From: a virus
Lineage: Duplodnaviria; Caudoviricetes
Direction: 5' to 3' (one strand)
Virus record (IMG/VR): IMGVR_UViG_3300034008_000092
Coordinates: 1-38,544 of that record
Length of the DNA stretch: 38,544 nt
The notes under the pieces are model-generated. The model saw nothing but the letters and a program-made list of their open reading frames with translations. It was not told the origin of the DNA and ran no database searches. How positions within the stretch are numbered: the stretch's first letter is position 1; each line of letters opens with the position of its first letter. The position numbers were made by a program, and so were the translations under genes. Shown here one piece after another: positions 7,588-15,941 of the stretch.

Positions 7588-9960
7588 ATGCAATTTCCGA
7601 CCAGCATCAGCCAGCTGAACCCGTTTAACTTTTTCGGGCGGGCTGCCAAGCAAAAGAGCATCCGAAACAAAATGTACCCGGTGCAGGTGCACCGGCTCCG
7701 GCAGGACGTGGGCCGGTGGCGGGCCGCGCTTGACCGGGCCGAAGGGGTGTATTTCCCCGACCGCACGGCCCTGCTGAACATTTACGCCGATTTGGTGCTA
7801 GACCCGCACCTCAGCACGGTGATGGAAACGCGCCTAATTAACGTGCTCAGCAAGCCCTTTAAGCTGCAGGACGCGAAAGGAGCAGAGCAGCCGGAGCTCA
7901 CCAAACTGCTGCGAAAGCCCTGGTTTCGCAAGTTTTGCGGGCTGGCTTTGGAGTCGATTTTTTACGGGCACACGCTTATCGAGTTTTCGGTGCCGGTGGC
8001 CGGCCAGTTCCCCGGCTGCGATTTGGTGCCGCGGCAATACGTTTCTCCCGAATTGGGAATTGTACGCACCATGCCCGGGCAAATCAATGGCACGGAGTAC
8101 CGGGATAATCCGGAGTTTTCGCCGTGGCTCATCGAAATAGGTGAGCTCACCAACCTAGGCCTACTCAATAAGGCCGCGCCTATGGCCCTCTACAAAAAGA
8201 ACGTAGTGAGCGCGTGGGCCGACTTTACCGAAATTTTCGGGATGCCCTACCGCGCCGTTACAACGGAGGCCGAGGGCGACGAATTAGAGCGCATTGAGGA
8301 AATTATTGCCAACATGGGGCAGGCCTCCTACGGGGTGTTTCCGGATGATGTAAAAATTGAGTGGATTAGCGCGGCCACCGGTAACGTGGGCCTCTATGAT
8401 ACGTTTGTAGAACGCGCCAATTCGGAGCTCAGCAAGCTGTTTTTGGGTCAAACAATGACCACCGACAACGGCAGCAGCAAAAGCCAGGGCGAAGTACATG
8501 AGCGGGTTTCGGCCAGCTACACCCGTTCCGATGCTGACCTGCTGGCCGGCATCATTAATGAGCAGCTGCTGCCCTTCATGGTGCAGCACGGCTACCAGGT
8601 GGCCGGGTGTGAATTTATCTACGATGAAACGGAGCAGCTAGGCAAGCTAGACCAATTCAAAATAGCCGAGGGCTTTATTAAAGCGGGCCTGCCCGTAAAA
8701 AAGACGTGGCTACAAACGACGTTCGGGGTTGAGTTTGAAGATGCCCCCGCGGCAGCTGGTGCAGCACCTGGTGCCGAGGGCGCGGCAGCAAAGCCCTACC
8801 TAGGCTATCACATCGAAACCGGCGTAGTGTCGAGGAATGAGGCCCGCGCTCAGCTGAGCCTGCCGGCCGAGGATGAAAGCGCGGATAAGGGGCGGGCGGT
8901 GCTCAAAGCTCAGCTGGCCATCGTAGCCGCGGCCACTACCGCCGGCGTTCCCTTAGAGGCGGCCCTGCAGCTGGCCGAGCTCAAAATTTCCCTACCCCCG
9001 GCCGATGCTGCCGGCGCGGGTGATGATGAGCCGGAGCCGCCGGAAGGTGATAAGCCCCGCCCGGGCGGTGCACCAGGTGAGCAGGGAGGCGGGCCGGGAA
9101 AGTCTGAGGGCTCACCGGCCGCGCCGGTGGGCCCTAACCCCGCGGCCGAGCTGCAGGCCCTCTACGGCAGCACCAGCTGCTGCACCGCGCACTCGCTGGC
9201 CGCGGCCAGCGCGGCCGGGGTGCCCGGCCCTGGTGATGATGCCGAGCTGGCCAGCCTTTGGGACAGGCTTGTAAATGTGGTGTACGCCGGCGCGGGTGAG
9301 GCGCTGCTCATCGACCTGCCTCTATTTGAGTTCATCGATAACGCGCTGCAGGGCGCGATAAATATCGCGTGGGAGGCCACCGACCCGGCCCTAAAAAAGT
9401 ACCTGTATAAAAATGTACAGCGCTTTTCGGGCTTCAAATCGCACAAGGTTTGCCAGCAGCTCACCCGGGCGCTCACCGATGCCGACGGGAAAATTATCGA
9501 TTTCGCGGCCTTCAAAGCGGAGGCCGAGAAAATCAATAATCTGTACAATGTCGCATACTTAAAAACAGAGTATGAGCAGGCGGTTGCCGCGGCGCAAATG
9601 GCCTCTAAGTGGGCCGAATTTGAGCCGGAGGGGCTGCTGCAGTACCGCACCGTAGGCGACGATTTAGTAAGGCCGGAGCACCGGAAATGGGATAACATCA
9701 CCCTGCCGGCCTCCCATCCATGGTGGGCCACTCACTACCCGCCCAACGATTGGAATTGTCGGTGTGATGCGGTCGAGCTGGTAGATGATGAGCACCCGCA
9801 AACCTCCGCTGAGGTGCTGGCCAGCGTGCCGGCCCCGCCGGCGCTGTTCGCGCACAACGTGGGCAAAGCCGGCGTGATTTTCGGGCCGGAGCACCCCTAT
9901 TTCGATGTGCCCGCGGCCACCGCGAAAGCCATCGATAAACAGCTAAAACTTAACTTATAA
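7588..9960 (+). CDS. Portal (Mu gp29/DUF935-like) fused to MuF minor head domain
   Basis: N-part DPHL...LGLLNKAAP...WADFTEIFGMP...SELSKLFLGQTMTT...SQGEVHE; C-part YLKTEYEQA...LQYRTVGDDLVRPEH...YPPNDWNCRC (MuF signature). Confidence 0.9.
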   Translation: MQFPTSISQLNPFNFFGRAAKQKSIRNKMYPVQVHRLRQDVGRWRAALDRAEGVYFPDRTALLNIYADLVLDPHLSTVMETRLINVLSKPFKLQDAKGAEQPELTKLLRKPWFRKFCGLALESIFYGHTLIEFSVPVAGQFPGCDLVPRQYVSPELGIVRTMPGQINGTEYRDNPEFSPWLIEIGELTNLGLLNKAAPMALYKKNVVSAWADFTEIFGMPYRAVTTEAEGDELERIEEIIANMGQASYGVFPDDVKIEWISAATGNVGLYDTFVERANSELSKLFLGQTMTTDNGSSKSQGEVHERVSASYTRSDADLLAGIINEQLLPFMVQHGYQVAGCEFIYDETEQLGKLDQFKIAEGFIKAGLPVKKTWLQTTFGVEFEDAPAAAGAAPGAEGAAAKPYLGYHIETGVVSRNEARAQLSLPAEDESADKGRAVLKAQLAIVAAATTAGVPLEAALQLAELKISLPPADAAGAGDDEPEPPEGDKPRPGGAPGEQGGGPGKSEGSPAAPVGPNPAAELQALYGSTSCCTAHSLAAASAAGVPGPGDDAELASLWDRLVNVVYAGAGEALLIDLPLFEFIDNALQGAINIAWEATDPALKKYLYKNVQRFSGFKSHKVCQQLTRALTDADGKIIDFAAFKAEAEKINNLYNVAYLKTEYEQAVAAAQMASKWAEFEPEGLLQYRTVGDDLVRPEHRKWDNITLPASHPWWATHYPPNDWNCRCDAVELVDDEHPQTSAEVLASVPAPPALFAHNVGKAGVIFGPEHPYFDVPAATAKAIDKQLKLNL
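9096..9135 (+). other. Putative -1 ribosomal frameshift signal in the portal-MuF linker
   Basis: In-phase G_GGA_AAG (9096-9102), 13-bp stem-loop at 9107-9135; the -1 frame reads GTC TGA. Confidence 0.6.
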
Positions 9961-9964
9961 GGTA

Positions 9965-10417
9965 ATGGCCAGTCGAAACGACTTTAAGCTATTCGCCAAG
10001 CAGGCGAAAATCGTAATCAAGGGGCTGCCGAAAATGATAGGCAAAGTAGCCCTATTGGAGGCCTCCGATAACTTTCGGCGCGGGGGCGCGGAGAATGAGG
10101 CCGGCCAGGTCGAGCCGTGGGCCCCGCGCAAAAACCAGAAAGCGCACGGCCGCACCCGGCAGGACGGGGCCCGGGATAGGCGCTTTAAGAATCCGCGGCA
10201 GCGGGCGCTGCTGGTGCAAACCGGCCGGCTCCGGCGTAGCCCGCGGATAGTGGCCACCACTAGCAACAGCGTTACGATTGGCACAGATGTGCCCTACGCT
10301 CAGCCGCTGCAGGAGGGGACTCCGCACATGGCTGCGCGGCCGTTCCTGACGCTAGGGCCGACTAGCCGGCAAACCATCATCCGGAAGGCCGCGGCCGACC
10401 TAGAAAAGCTCCTTTGA
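9965..10417 (+). CDS. Phage virion morphogenesis protein (Mu gpG-like tail completion)
   Basis: NFRRGG...PWAPRK...LLVQTGRLRRS...IGTDVPYAQPLQEGT...MAARPFL. Confidence 0.85.
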   Translation: MASRNDFKLFAKQAKIVIKGLPKMIGKVALLEASDNFRRGGAENEAGQVEPWAPRKNQKAHGRTRQDGARDRRFKNPRQRALLVQTGRLRRSPRIVATTSNSVTIGTDVPYAQPLQEGTPHMAARPFLTLGPTSRQTIIRKAAADLEKLL

Positions 10418-10419
10418 TT

Positions 10420-10653
10420 ATGGCCACCATCGACCTACCCAACGCCACCACCGCGGAGCTGCTGCAGCTGGCCAACTATCACGCTGGCCAGGCCTGCGAG
10501 CGCTGCGAGTTCTACCGCGCCAAAAGCACGGCCAGCTACCGGCAGCAGGCCGGGGACAATGCCCAGCAGTGGGCCGAGCTGTACAGCCGACTGGCTGAGA
10601 AACTAACCATTTTACTGCAGGCTGAGCAGGCCGGCCTCATCACCTCCGACTAA
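10420..10653 (+). CDS. Hypothetical protein
   Basis: Tightly packed in the operon; stop overlaps the next start. Confidence 0.6.
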   Translation: MATIDLPNATTAELLQLANYHAGQACERCEFYRAKSTASYRQQAGDNAQQWAELYSRLAEKLTILLQAEQAGLITSD

Positions 10654-11216
10654 TGAGCGATTGCTTTACCACCATTTACCCGGCGCTGGCCGACCGCCTG
10701 CAGGAAAAGCTGCCCGCCGGCGTATGGATAGATTTAGACCAAGACCAACTAAGCGCCGATGAGCAGGGCCTTGGCTACTCGCTGCCGTTTTATGAGGGCG
10801 TGGTGCTGATTTCGTTTGATGAGGTCGACTGGCAAGACCGCGGCGGCGGGGTGCAGGTGGGCGAGGCGGTGATACGTTTCACCCTAGCCCGGCAGGTGAT
10901 GCAGGACACCTACCAGCACAGCTCACAGCGGGCCGGCGCAATGCAGCAGCTGCAGCTGCTCACCTCCCTGCACCAGGCGCTGCAGCACTACGCCATCGGG
11001 GAGGTTTGCGGGGCCCTGGTGCGAACCTACAGCCGCAAGGAAGCCGGCAGCCGGCCCGGGCTTTGGGTTTACTCCATGGGCTACAAATGCCGGGTTTACG
11101 ATGCCGAGGGGCACCCGGTGGCACCAGCTGCTCAGCCGGTCGAGGTGGCCGCGGCCAGCGGGGTGCGGCCGGCGCGGCTGCAGCCGGCCGATTCCGCGGC
11201 CGTTATCTTAGAATAA
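10653..11216 (+). CDS. Putative tail terminator (Mu gp37-like)
   Basis: WIDLDQDQL...VLISFDEVDW...LHQALQ pattern and position after the neck gene. Confidence 0.55.
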   Translation: MSDCFTTIYPALADRLQEKLPAGVWIDLDQDQLSADEQGLGYSLPFYEGVVLISFDEVDWQDRGGGVQVGEAVIRFTLARQVMQDTYQHSSQRAGAMQQLQLLTSLHQALQHYAIGEVCGALVRTYSRKEAGSRPGLWVYSMGYKCRVYDAEGHPVAPAAQPVEVAAASGVRPARLQPADSAAVILE

Positions 11217-11238
11217 AGCAGTTACGCCCTCCCCTTGC

Positions 11239-11299
11239 CGCCGTATTAAAGAGCATAAAACCATCAAACTTTGATGGTTTTATGCTCTTTAATACGGCG
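11239..11299. repeat. Perfect 61-bp palindrome (30-bp arms, 1-nt centre)
   Basis: CGCCGTATTAAAGAGCATAAAACCATCAAA-C-TTTGATGGTTTTATGCTCTTTAATACGGCG. Confidence 0.97.
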
Positions 11300-11358
11300 T
11301 TGTGCGTTACTTGTGCCGCAATAGTGGCCAGTGAAACAGTGAGTTACCGCCAAAATAT

Positions 11359-11390
11359 AAAGGCCCGCTACACGTCTGTAGCGGGCCTTT
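11359..11390. terminator. Hairpin, probable bidirectional intrinsic terminator
   Basis: AAAGGCCCGCTACA-cgtc-TGTAGCGGGCCTTT between convergent operons. Confidence 0.65.
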
Positions 11391-11492
11391 CGGACATTTG
11401 CGCGGGTGGCATCGGTTTTTCAGCCCGGCCGGCGGCCTGCGGTAGCCCTATAAGAGGGGCCCGCTCAGCAGCTGCCGGCCCGCAAAGATGCA

Positions 11493-11531
11493 CAAAAAAG
11501 CCCCCCGGGGCAGTTACCGGGGGGCTTTTTG
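11493..11531. terminator. Bidirectional intrinsic terminator
   Basis: AAAAAAGCCCCCCGG-8 nt-CCGGGGGGCTTTTT, with T-tracts on both strands. Confidence 0.8.
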
Positions 11532-11595
11532 CTGGTGCTGAATTTCCCAACACAGCAGAGCAGCGGGGCCACTGACAGCGCGGCCGGGTGCAAAT

Positions 11596-12189
11596 CTACG
11601 ATAGGGGAGGGGCCTCAGCAGCACCAGGTGCTGCAGCAGCTGGTGCACCGGTGGCCGCCGGCAGCGGGGTGATGTGCGTAGCCACCCAGGGCGCGGCCCC
11701 GTCGTGCCGCTCAAAGGTTACGTGCCGAATGGCCAGGCGCTGCGCCTGCTGCTCCGGCGTGGGCTCCGGCGCGGTGATGCCGAGCCGCGGCACATCGGGC
11801 GCTACCGAAACGACTACTTTATTTTGCCCTTGCTGCTGGCCGTACTTGTTGAAGTGCTGCCGGGCAAGGGCAACGGTGCCGGCATCAGCGGGGCCGGTGC
11901 GGTCGAATCGAATCCAATCGGTGAAAGCCAGGCTGCCGGGCTGGTGCTTAAACCAGCTGGCCACCGCGGGCGGGGCATCGGGCCAATGGATATAAGCAGC
12001 GCCCGTTTCCCCTAGGATTTGCGGCATCAGTTCGCCGGTGGGTATCGAGGCCGGAAAGGTGCGCTGCTTCACGCCACCACCCCAAACCGGGTGCGCCGGC
12101 TCATCGGATGAGTAGAGCAGGGTAACAATGGTTTCGCGCTCCGGCGTGGTGTCGAGTAGCACCTTATCAAGCAAAATTCTAGTGTCCAT
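11596..12189 (-). CDS. Hypothetical protein
   Basis: Long ORF; ATG (MDTRILL) follows an AT-rich leader. No recognisable motif. Confidence 0.65.
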   Translation of the reverse strand: MDTRILLDKVLLDTTPERETIVTLLYSSDEPAHPVWGGGVKQRTFPASIPTGELMPQILGETGAAYIHWPDAPPAVASWFKHQPGSLAFTDWIRFDRTGPADAGTVALARQHFNKYGQQQGQNKVVVSVAPDVPRLGITAPEPTPEQQAQRLAIRHVTFERHDGAAPWVATHITPLPAATGAPAAAAPGAAEAPPLS

Positions 12190-12221
12190 TTTTAGGGGTT
12201 GGTGTAGGATTAAAGGCAAAA

Positions 12222-12467
12222 CTAGGCAACGCTGAGGCAGGCCACCGGCTTACGGGTGAGCAGGCTCTCACAGCTACGGTACAGGTAGAGGCTGCCGCTC
12301 CGGTGCTCAATCTGCCAGCGGTTGCCGCACAGGGGCCGGATATTGAAGCTAAAGGCCAGGGGGTCGGTTACCATCGGATTGCTGGCCAGCAGCTCATCGA
12401 TGCGGGCCTGCAGGTCGAGCTCCGCGGTGCTCTTAATCGGCCGGAAGTAGGTTATTTTTAGCGCCAT
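12222..12467 (-). CDS. Hypothetical protein
   Basis: Start overlaps the upstream gene end; operon packing. Confidence 0.55.
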   Translation of the reverse strand: MALKITYFRPIKSTAELDLQARIDELLASNPMVTDPLAFSFNIRPLCGNRWQIEHRSGSLYLYRSCESLLTRKPVACLSVA

Positions 12468-13042
12468 CCTACCAGGTTCTCATCTTCATCTTCGGGCTGC
12501 CAGAGGCCACCACCGCCCGGGGCCATTTCGTCGGGGCCGGGCGGGTGCTCTGCCAGGTTGAGCAGGCTCTGCAGGTCGGCATCGGCCAGGCAGTAGGGGC
12601 CCGGGCCCTGCAGCAGCCGGCCATCGACCTGCTTCATGGCCTCCGCGGGGCTCATGCCCGCCCAGCCGAGCACTATCGACTCGCTGCCGGCCGCGGTGGT
12701 GAGTTGGTGCCACACATCACGCCAGGCCTGCTCACGTTCGTAGCCGGGCAGCGCGAAGTAATTCAGCTGCAGCGGGGCCGGGGTGCGGCGGCGGCTGGTG
12801 TCGGGGGTGAGCTGAATCGGGCCGAGGTTGGGAAAGGCTTCGCGGAGGCGGTCGATAGCCTCCATTTCGGTAGTCGCGTAGAGCTCACCGTGCTGGCCGG
12901 TCGGGGTGCGGTCGGGCAGGGTGATGCCCTGCCAGCACCAGCACCAGGCCCGCTCTGAGGCCGGGCCGAATCGGCTCCGCGCCTCCATTTCGGGGGTGAG
13001 CACCAGGGCGGGGGTAGGGGTATTTTCGGGGGGTGATTGCAT
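12458..13042 (-). CDS. Hypothetical protein
   Basis: 194-aa ORF starting just downstream of the dif-like site. Confidence 0.6.
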   Translation of the reverse strand: MQSPPENTPTPALVLTPEMEARSRFGPASERAWCWCWQGITLPDRTPTGQHGELYATTEMEAIDRLREAFPNLGPIQLTPDTSRRRTPAPLQLNYFALPGYEREQAWRDVWHQLTTAAGSESIVLGWAGMSPAEAMKQVDGRLLQGPGPYCLADADLQSLLNLAEHPPGPDEMAPGGGGLWQPEDEDENLVGWR

Positions 13043-13083
13043 GAGTAGGAAGTGTTTTGTAACTTGCTGATTTACAAGATTCT

Positions 13084-13111
13084 ACTTAACATAAGGTAAA
13101 TTATAAGACAA
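13084..13111 (-). other. dif-like XerC/XerD recombination site
   Basis: The - strand reads TTGTCTTATAA-TTTACC-TTATGTTAAGT: 11-6-11 layout, XerD arm 10/11 identical to E. coli dif TTATGTTAAAT, left arm ends in ATAA. AT-rich island in a GC-rich genome. Confidence 0.85.
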
Positions 13112-13253
13112 ATAGCCAAAGTGCGGCCCCGGCCAGAATTACCAGGCAGCCGAGGCTGAGGCCAACCATGGCCCGGCGAAACCGGCGCTTTGTCCGTGCT
13201 ATTTCGGCTTTGATTTCGGCAATCAGCCGGAGTTCGTTCTCAAAAAGTGGCAT
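13101..13253 (-). CDS. Small membrane protein (50 aa), below ORF-track cutoff
   Basis: MPLFENELRLIAEIKAEIARTKRRFRRAMVGLSLGCLVILAGAALWLFVL*; its stop codon lies inside the XerC arm. Confidence 0.55.
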   Translation of the reverse strand: MPLFENELRLIAEIKAEIARTKRRFRRAMVGLSLGCLVILAGAALWLFVL

Positions 13254-13280
13254 TGCGGTGGGCTTATAAAAACTATCCTT

Positions 13281-13469
13281 TCACGGCAACGGGCCGAGGT
13301 GCCGCGGCCAGTTGGCCAGAAAAGCGAAGTAGCGGGCATCATTCAGGCGCAAGGTGCACCGGCCGCAAAAGTTGGCCCTCAGCGGCAGCTGAGCCGCGCA
13401 CCGCGGGCAGCTGAGGCCGCGGAGCTGCAGCAGCTGCTCAGAGGTTAGCAGGTCAAAGATTCCGGGCAT
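13281..13469 (-). CDS. Zinc-ribbon protein
   Basis: CPRC...NFCGRC. Confidence 0.6.
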   Translation of the reverse strand: MPGIFDLLTSEQLLQLRGLSCPRCAAQLPLRANFCGRCTLRLNDARYFAFLANWPRHLGPLP

Positions 13470-13905
13470 ATTCGGGGTCAAGTTTGGGGTATCGATACCA
13501 GCTAGGTATCGAATTGATGAAGAATTTCCGCTTTATCATCTGCCGGCAGCGGGCTAAATCATCCTGCCGGCGGTACCGGTTTTTCCGGAACCGGCCGCGG
13601 TCGGTCATAAACTGGCTGAATATGTAGGCAGCCTGCGCCCGCTCATGCTCCGGCCCGCCCGACCGCTTGCGGGCCTTGGCTTGGCCAAGGGCCCGGCGGC
13701 GCTGCTTTTCCAGGGCCCGGGCAGTGACTGGTGCCACCGGTGGCCGCGGCGGCGGGCCGATATCGGGGTGGTGCTGGTAGCGCTGCCAGTAGTCGAGGCG
13801 CACCAGGTGCAGGGCCTGCCAGTACGCCGGCAGCGTGGGCCCGCGGCCGGCCGCGGCCAGTAGCGCCCGGCCGGCCTGCTGCAGCTGCTCAGTGAGCCCG
13901 CTCAC
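13453..13905 (-). CDS. Basic hypothetical protein
   Basis: Start overlaps the ASCH gene stop; Arg-rich. Confidence 0.55.
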   Translation of the reverse strand: MSGLTEQLQQAGRALLAAAGRGPTLPAYWQALHLVRLDYWQRYQHHPDIGPPPRPPVAPVTARALEKQRRRALGQAKARKRSGGPEHERAQAAYIFSQFMTDRGRFRKNRYRRQDDLARCRQMIKRKFFINSIPSWYRYPKLDPEYARNL

Positions 13906-14498
13906 AGCAATCGGGTTATCGGGCGGGTGATGCCCTGCAGCCGCTGATTCACGGTGTCGAGCATGGCCTGCTGCTCATCGGTGGGCTGCACCAGATGCTG
14001 CCGGGTGGCCTGCTCAGCTTCGTGCACCTGCAGGGCGTTGGTGGCATCCCAAAGGCCGAGGGCCCCCTTTGCCTTCACCGGCTCCGGCAGGGCCTGCACA
14101 TCGGCCAGCAGCAGCCCGAAGCGGCCCGGGGCATACTCCCCTACTGCCTGCTCTAAGCTGCTCACCTGCGAAATAACGAGCTCCGGCCGGGGCTTCTTTT
14201 TGGTCGGTTTGGCAGGCGGCGGGGTGGGCTCCGCTACCATACGGGCCACTTCTTTGAGCTCACAGCGGCCGATAATCACGCCCCGCGGCAGCGTGTCATA
14301 GGTGAGGCCGTGCTTGGCTAGGATTTGCTTTATTACCGGCTGCTCACAGGCGGCGCGGCTCCAAGCGTTACGGGTAGCGCTGGCATGAATCAGCAGCGGC
14401 CCGCGGTAGCTGACGCGCCGGGGGCGGGTTTCTATCAGCTTATAGCCCAGCACCACCAACGTAGCAAAGGGCTGAGTATAGGAAAGCGTCTTTTTCAT
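13902..14498 (-). CDS. ASCH domain protein
   Basis: LSYTQPFATLVVLGYKLIETR...YRGPLLIHAS...G.IIG...PVKAKGALGLW. Confidence 0.88.
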   Translation of the reverse strand: MKKTLSYTQPFATLVVLGYKLIETRPRRVSYRGPLLIHASATRNAWSRAACEQPVIKQILAKHGLTYDTLPRGVIIGRCELKEVARMVAEPTPPPAKPTKKKPRPELVISQVSSLEQAVGEYAPGRFGLLLADVQALPEPVKAKGALGLWDATNALQVHEAEQATRQHLVQPTDEQQAMLDTVNQRLQGITRPITRLL

Positions 14499-14524
14499 TG
14501 CGGAGGTTTGCGGATTGTTGCGGT

Positions 14525-15034
14525 TTATATGATATCGGCTAACAGGTCGGATATATCGGGCACCCCGGCCTCCGCAATGGCAGCCAGCAGCCCGGCCGAG
14601 CCCTCTATGCAGTTTTGCCGCTGCCGCTTCATTTCGGCCACCTCAGCACCGCTCACCCCCTGCTCCTGCAGGTAGTCGATAAAGCTCTGCCAGGTGTCAA
14701 TACATAGCGGGCCGAGCTCAGCCAGCAGGTGCAGCTGCCCTACGTTGAGCTGCAGCTGCAGCACGGCATCATCGGCCGGCCGGCCCGGCACATGAGGCAG
14801 CCGCAAGCCCTGCCGAGTCATTTCTTTGAGCAACGGGGTGGCTACGTTCAGAATCGTAGCACTGGCCGCGCTGCACTGCTCTGCTAAATTGGGCCATACC
14901 AGCGTTAGGAGGCCTATCGATGCCAGGCGGTTAAATTCCGCGCTCTGCTCCGCTACGCTGGTGAGAAACTGCACTACTTCGCCGTAGGTAATCCGGATGC
15001 AGTAGCCGGCGGCGGTGTTGGGTTGTGGGCTCAT
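14525..15034 (-). CDS. Hypothetical protein
   Basis: Start overlaps the upstream stop; operon packing. Confidence 0.6.
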   Translation of the reverse strand: MSPQPNTAAGYCIRITYGEVVQFLTSVAEQSAEFNRLASIGLLTLVWPNLAEQCSAASATILNVATPLLKEMTRQGLRLPHVPGRPADDAVLQLQLNVGQLHLLAELGPLCIDTWQSFIDYLQEQGVSGAEVAEMKRQRQNCIEGSAGLLAAIAEAGVPDISDLLADII

Positions 15035-15627
15035 TTGGTGAGTTGCTTAATAAAGGCGGGTAAGTTTTCCGGAGTTTCGCGGTGGTGCCGGCAGCGCTGC
15101 AGCTCATCAAGGCCGTTCGCGGTGGGCTCAATCAGGCCCGGGCGGCTGCGCTGGTATGGCACCATGCCCGGGCGCACCGCGGCGGGCGCGGGCACCACTT
15201 CCTGCACCAGGCCCTCATCGTACAGCCCGGGCAAACAGGAATACTCAGACAGCTTATCCCGGTGCAGGTAGGCCTCCGCGGGGTGGTAGGTAATCCAGCG
15301 GAGCAGCATCAGCTCCGCGGTGGCCGCCGGCACCTCCGGCAGCGGTGGGCCCACTGGCCAGGCCAGGGCCTGCAGCAGCTGCTCAAAAAACTGCCGAGTA
15401 GGCAGCGGGTGGCAGGGCCATAGCTCATCGACCGTTTTCGCGTGTCGAGTCAGATATACCAGGCCGTTGAGCTCATTCACCTGCACCACCAACTCAGCCA
15501 CGTAGGGCAGCACCGGGGCCGGCACCTGCCGGCTGTAGCCTTTGAGCTGCCAAATGGTGTGCCGCTCATCGGGCGCGTAGCCGTAGCCGGCCAGGTGCTC
15601 AGCCGTTGGCGTGTAGTTGTTCGGCAT
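15031..15627 (-). CDS. Hypothetical protein
   Basis: Operon packing. Confidence 0.6.
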   Translation of the reverse strand: MPNNYTPTAEHLAGYGYAPDERHTIWQLKGYSRQVPAPVLPYVAELVVQVNELNGLVYLTRHAKTVDELWPCHPLPTRQFFEQLLQALAWPVGPPLPEVPAATAELMLLRWITYHPAEAYLHRDKLSEYSCLPGLYDEGLVQEVVPAPAAVRPGMVPYQRSRPGLIEPTANGLDELQRCRHHRETPENLPAFIKQLTK

Positions 15628-15796
15628 TGCGGAGCTGCTGCTGCAGGGAAAAAATGGTATCGAGGTGATTCGCTTCGCGGGCTACCTGCGAACGGTAGCG
15701 GCGGCGGTAATAGCGGAAGCGGTAGGCATACAGGGCAGCGGTGGCTCCGCTGGCCAGCGTGGCCAGTGTCATGGTGATGAGGGCGGCGGTTTGCAT
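15599..15796 (-). CDS. Small N-terminal TM protein
   Basis: Hydrophobic N-terminus followed by a basic patch; first gene after an AT-rich intergenic region. Confidence 0.55.
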   Translation of the reverse strand: MQTAALITMTLATLASGATAALYAYRFRYYRRRYRSQVAREANHLDTIFSLQQQLRNAEQLHANG

Positions 15797-15941
15797 GGTT
15801 ACAATAAAAATGTAAGTTTACATTAAACTAAACCGGGTAGTAAGCCACTGAAAAGCAGCCCACTACCGGCACGTTTGAAAATATAACAGGGAAATGCTGC
15901 AGCATTGCAGCAGCATTGCATCGGCAAATCGGGGGGCTACG

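Noticed and set aside
4641-11216. Transposable Mu-like phage
   Set aside because: Only virion genes and the activator are Mu-like. There is no MuA/MuB, and replication is Rep/iteron type.
11239-11299. Palindrome as a definite protelomerase telRL site
   Set aside because: No protelomerase-like ORF is visible, the centre is odd-length, and the core matches Rep iterons. Kept only as an alternative.
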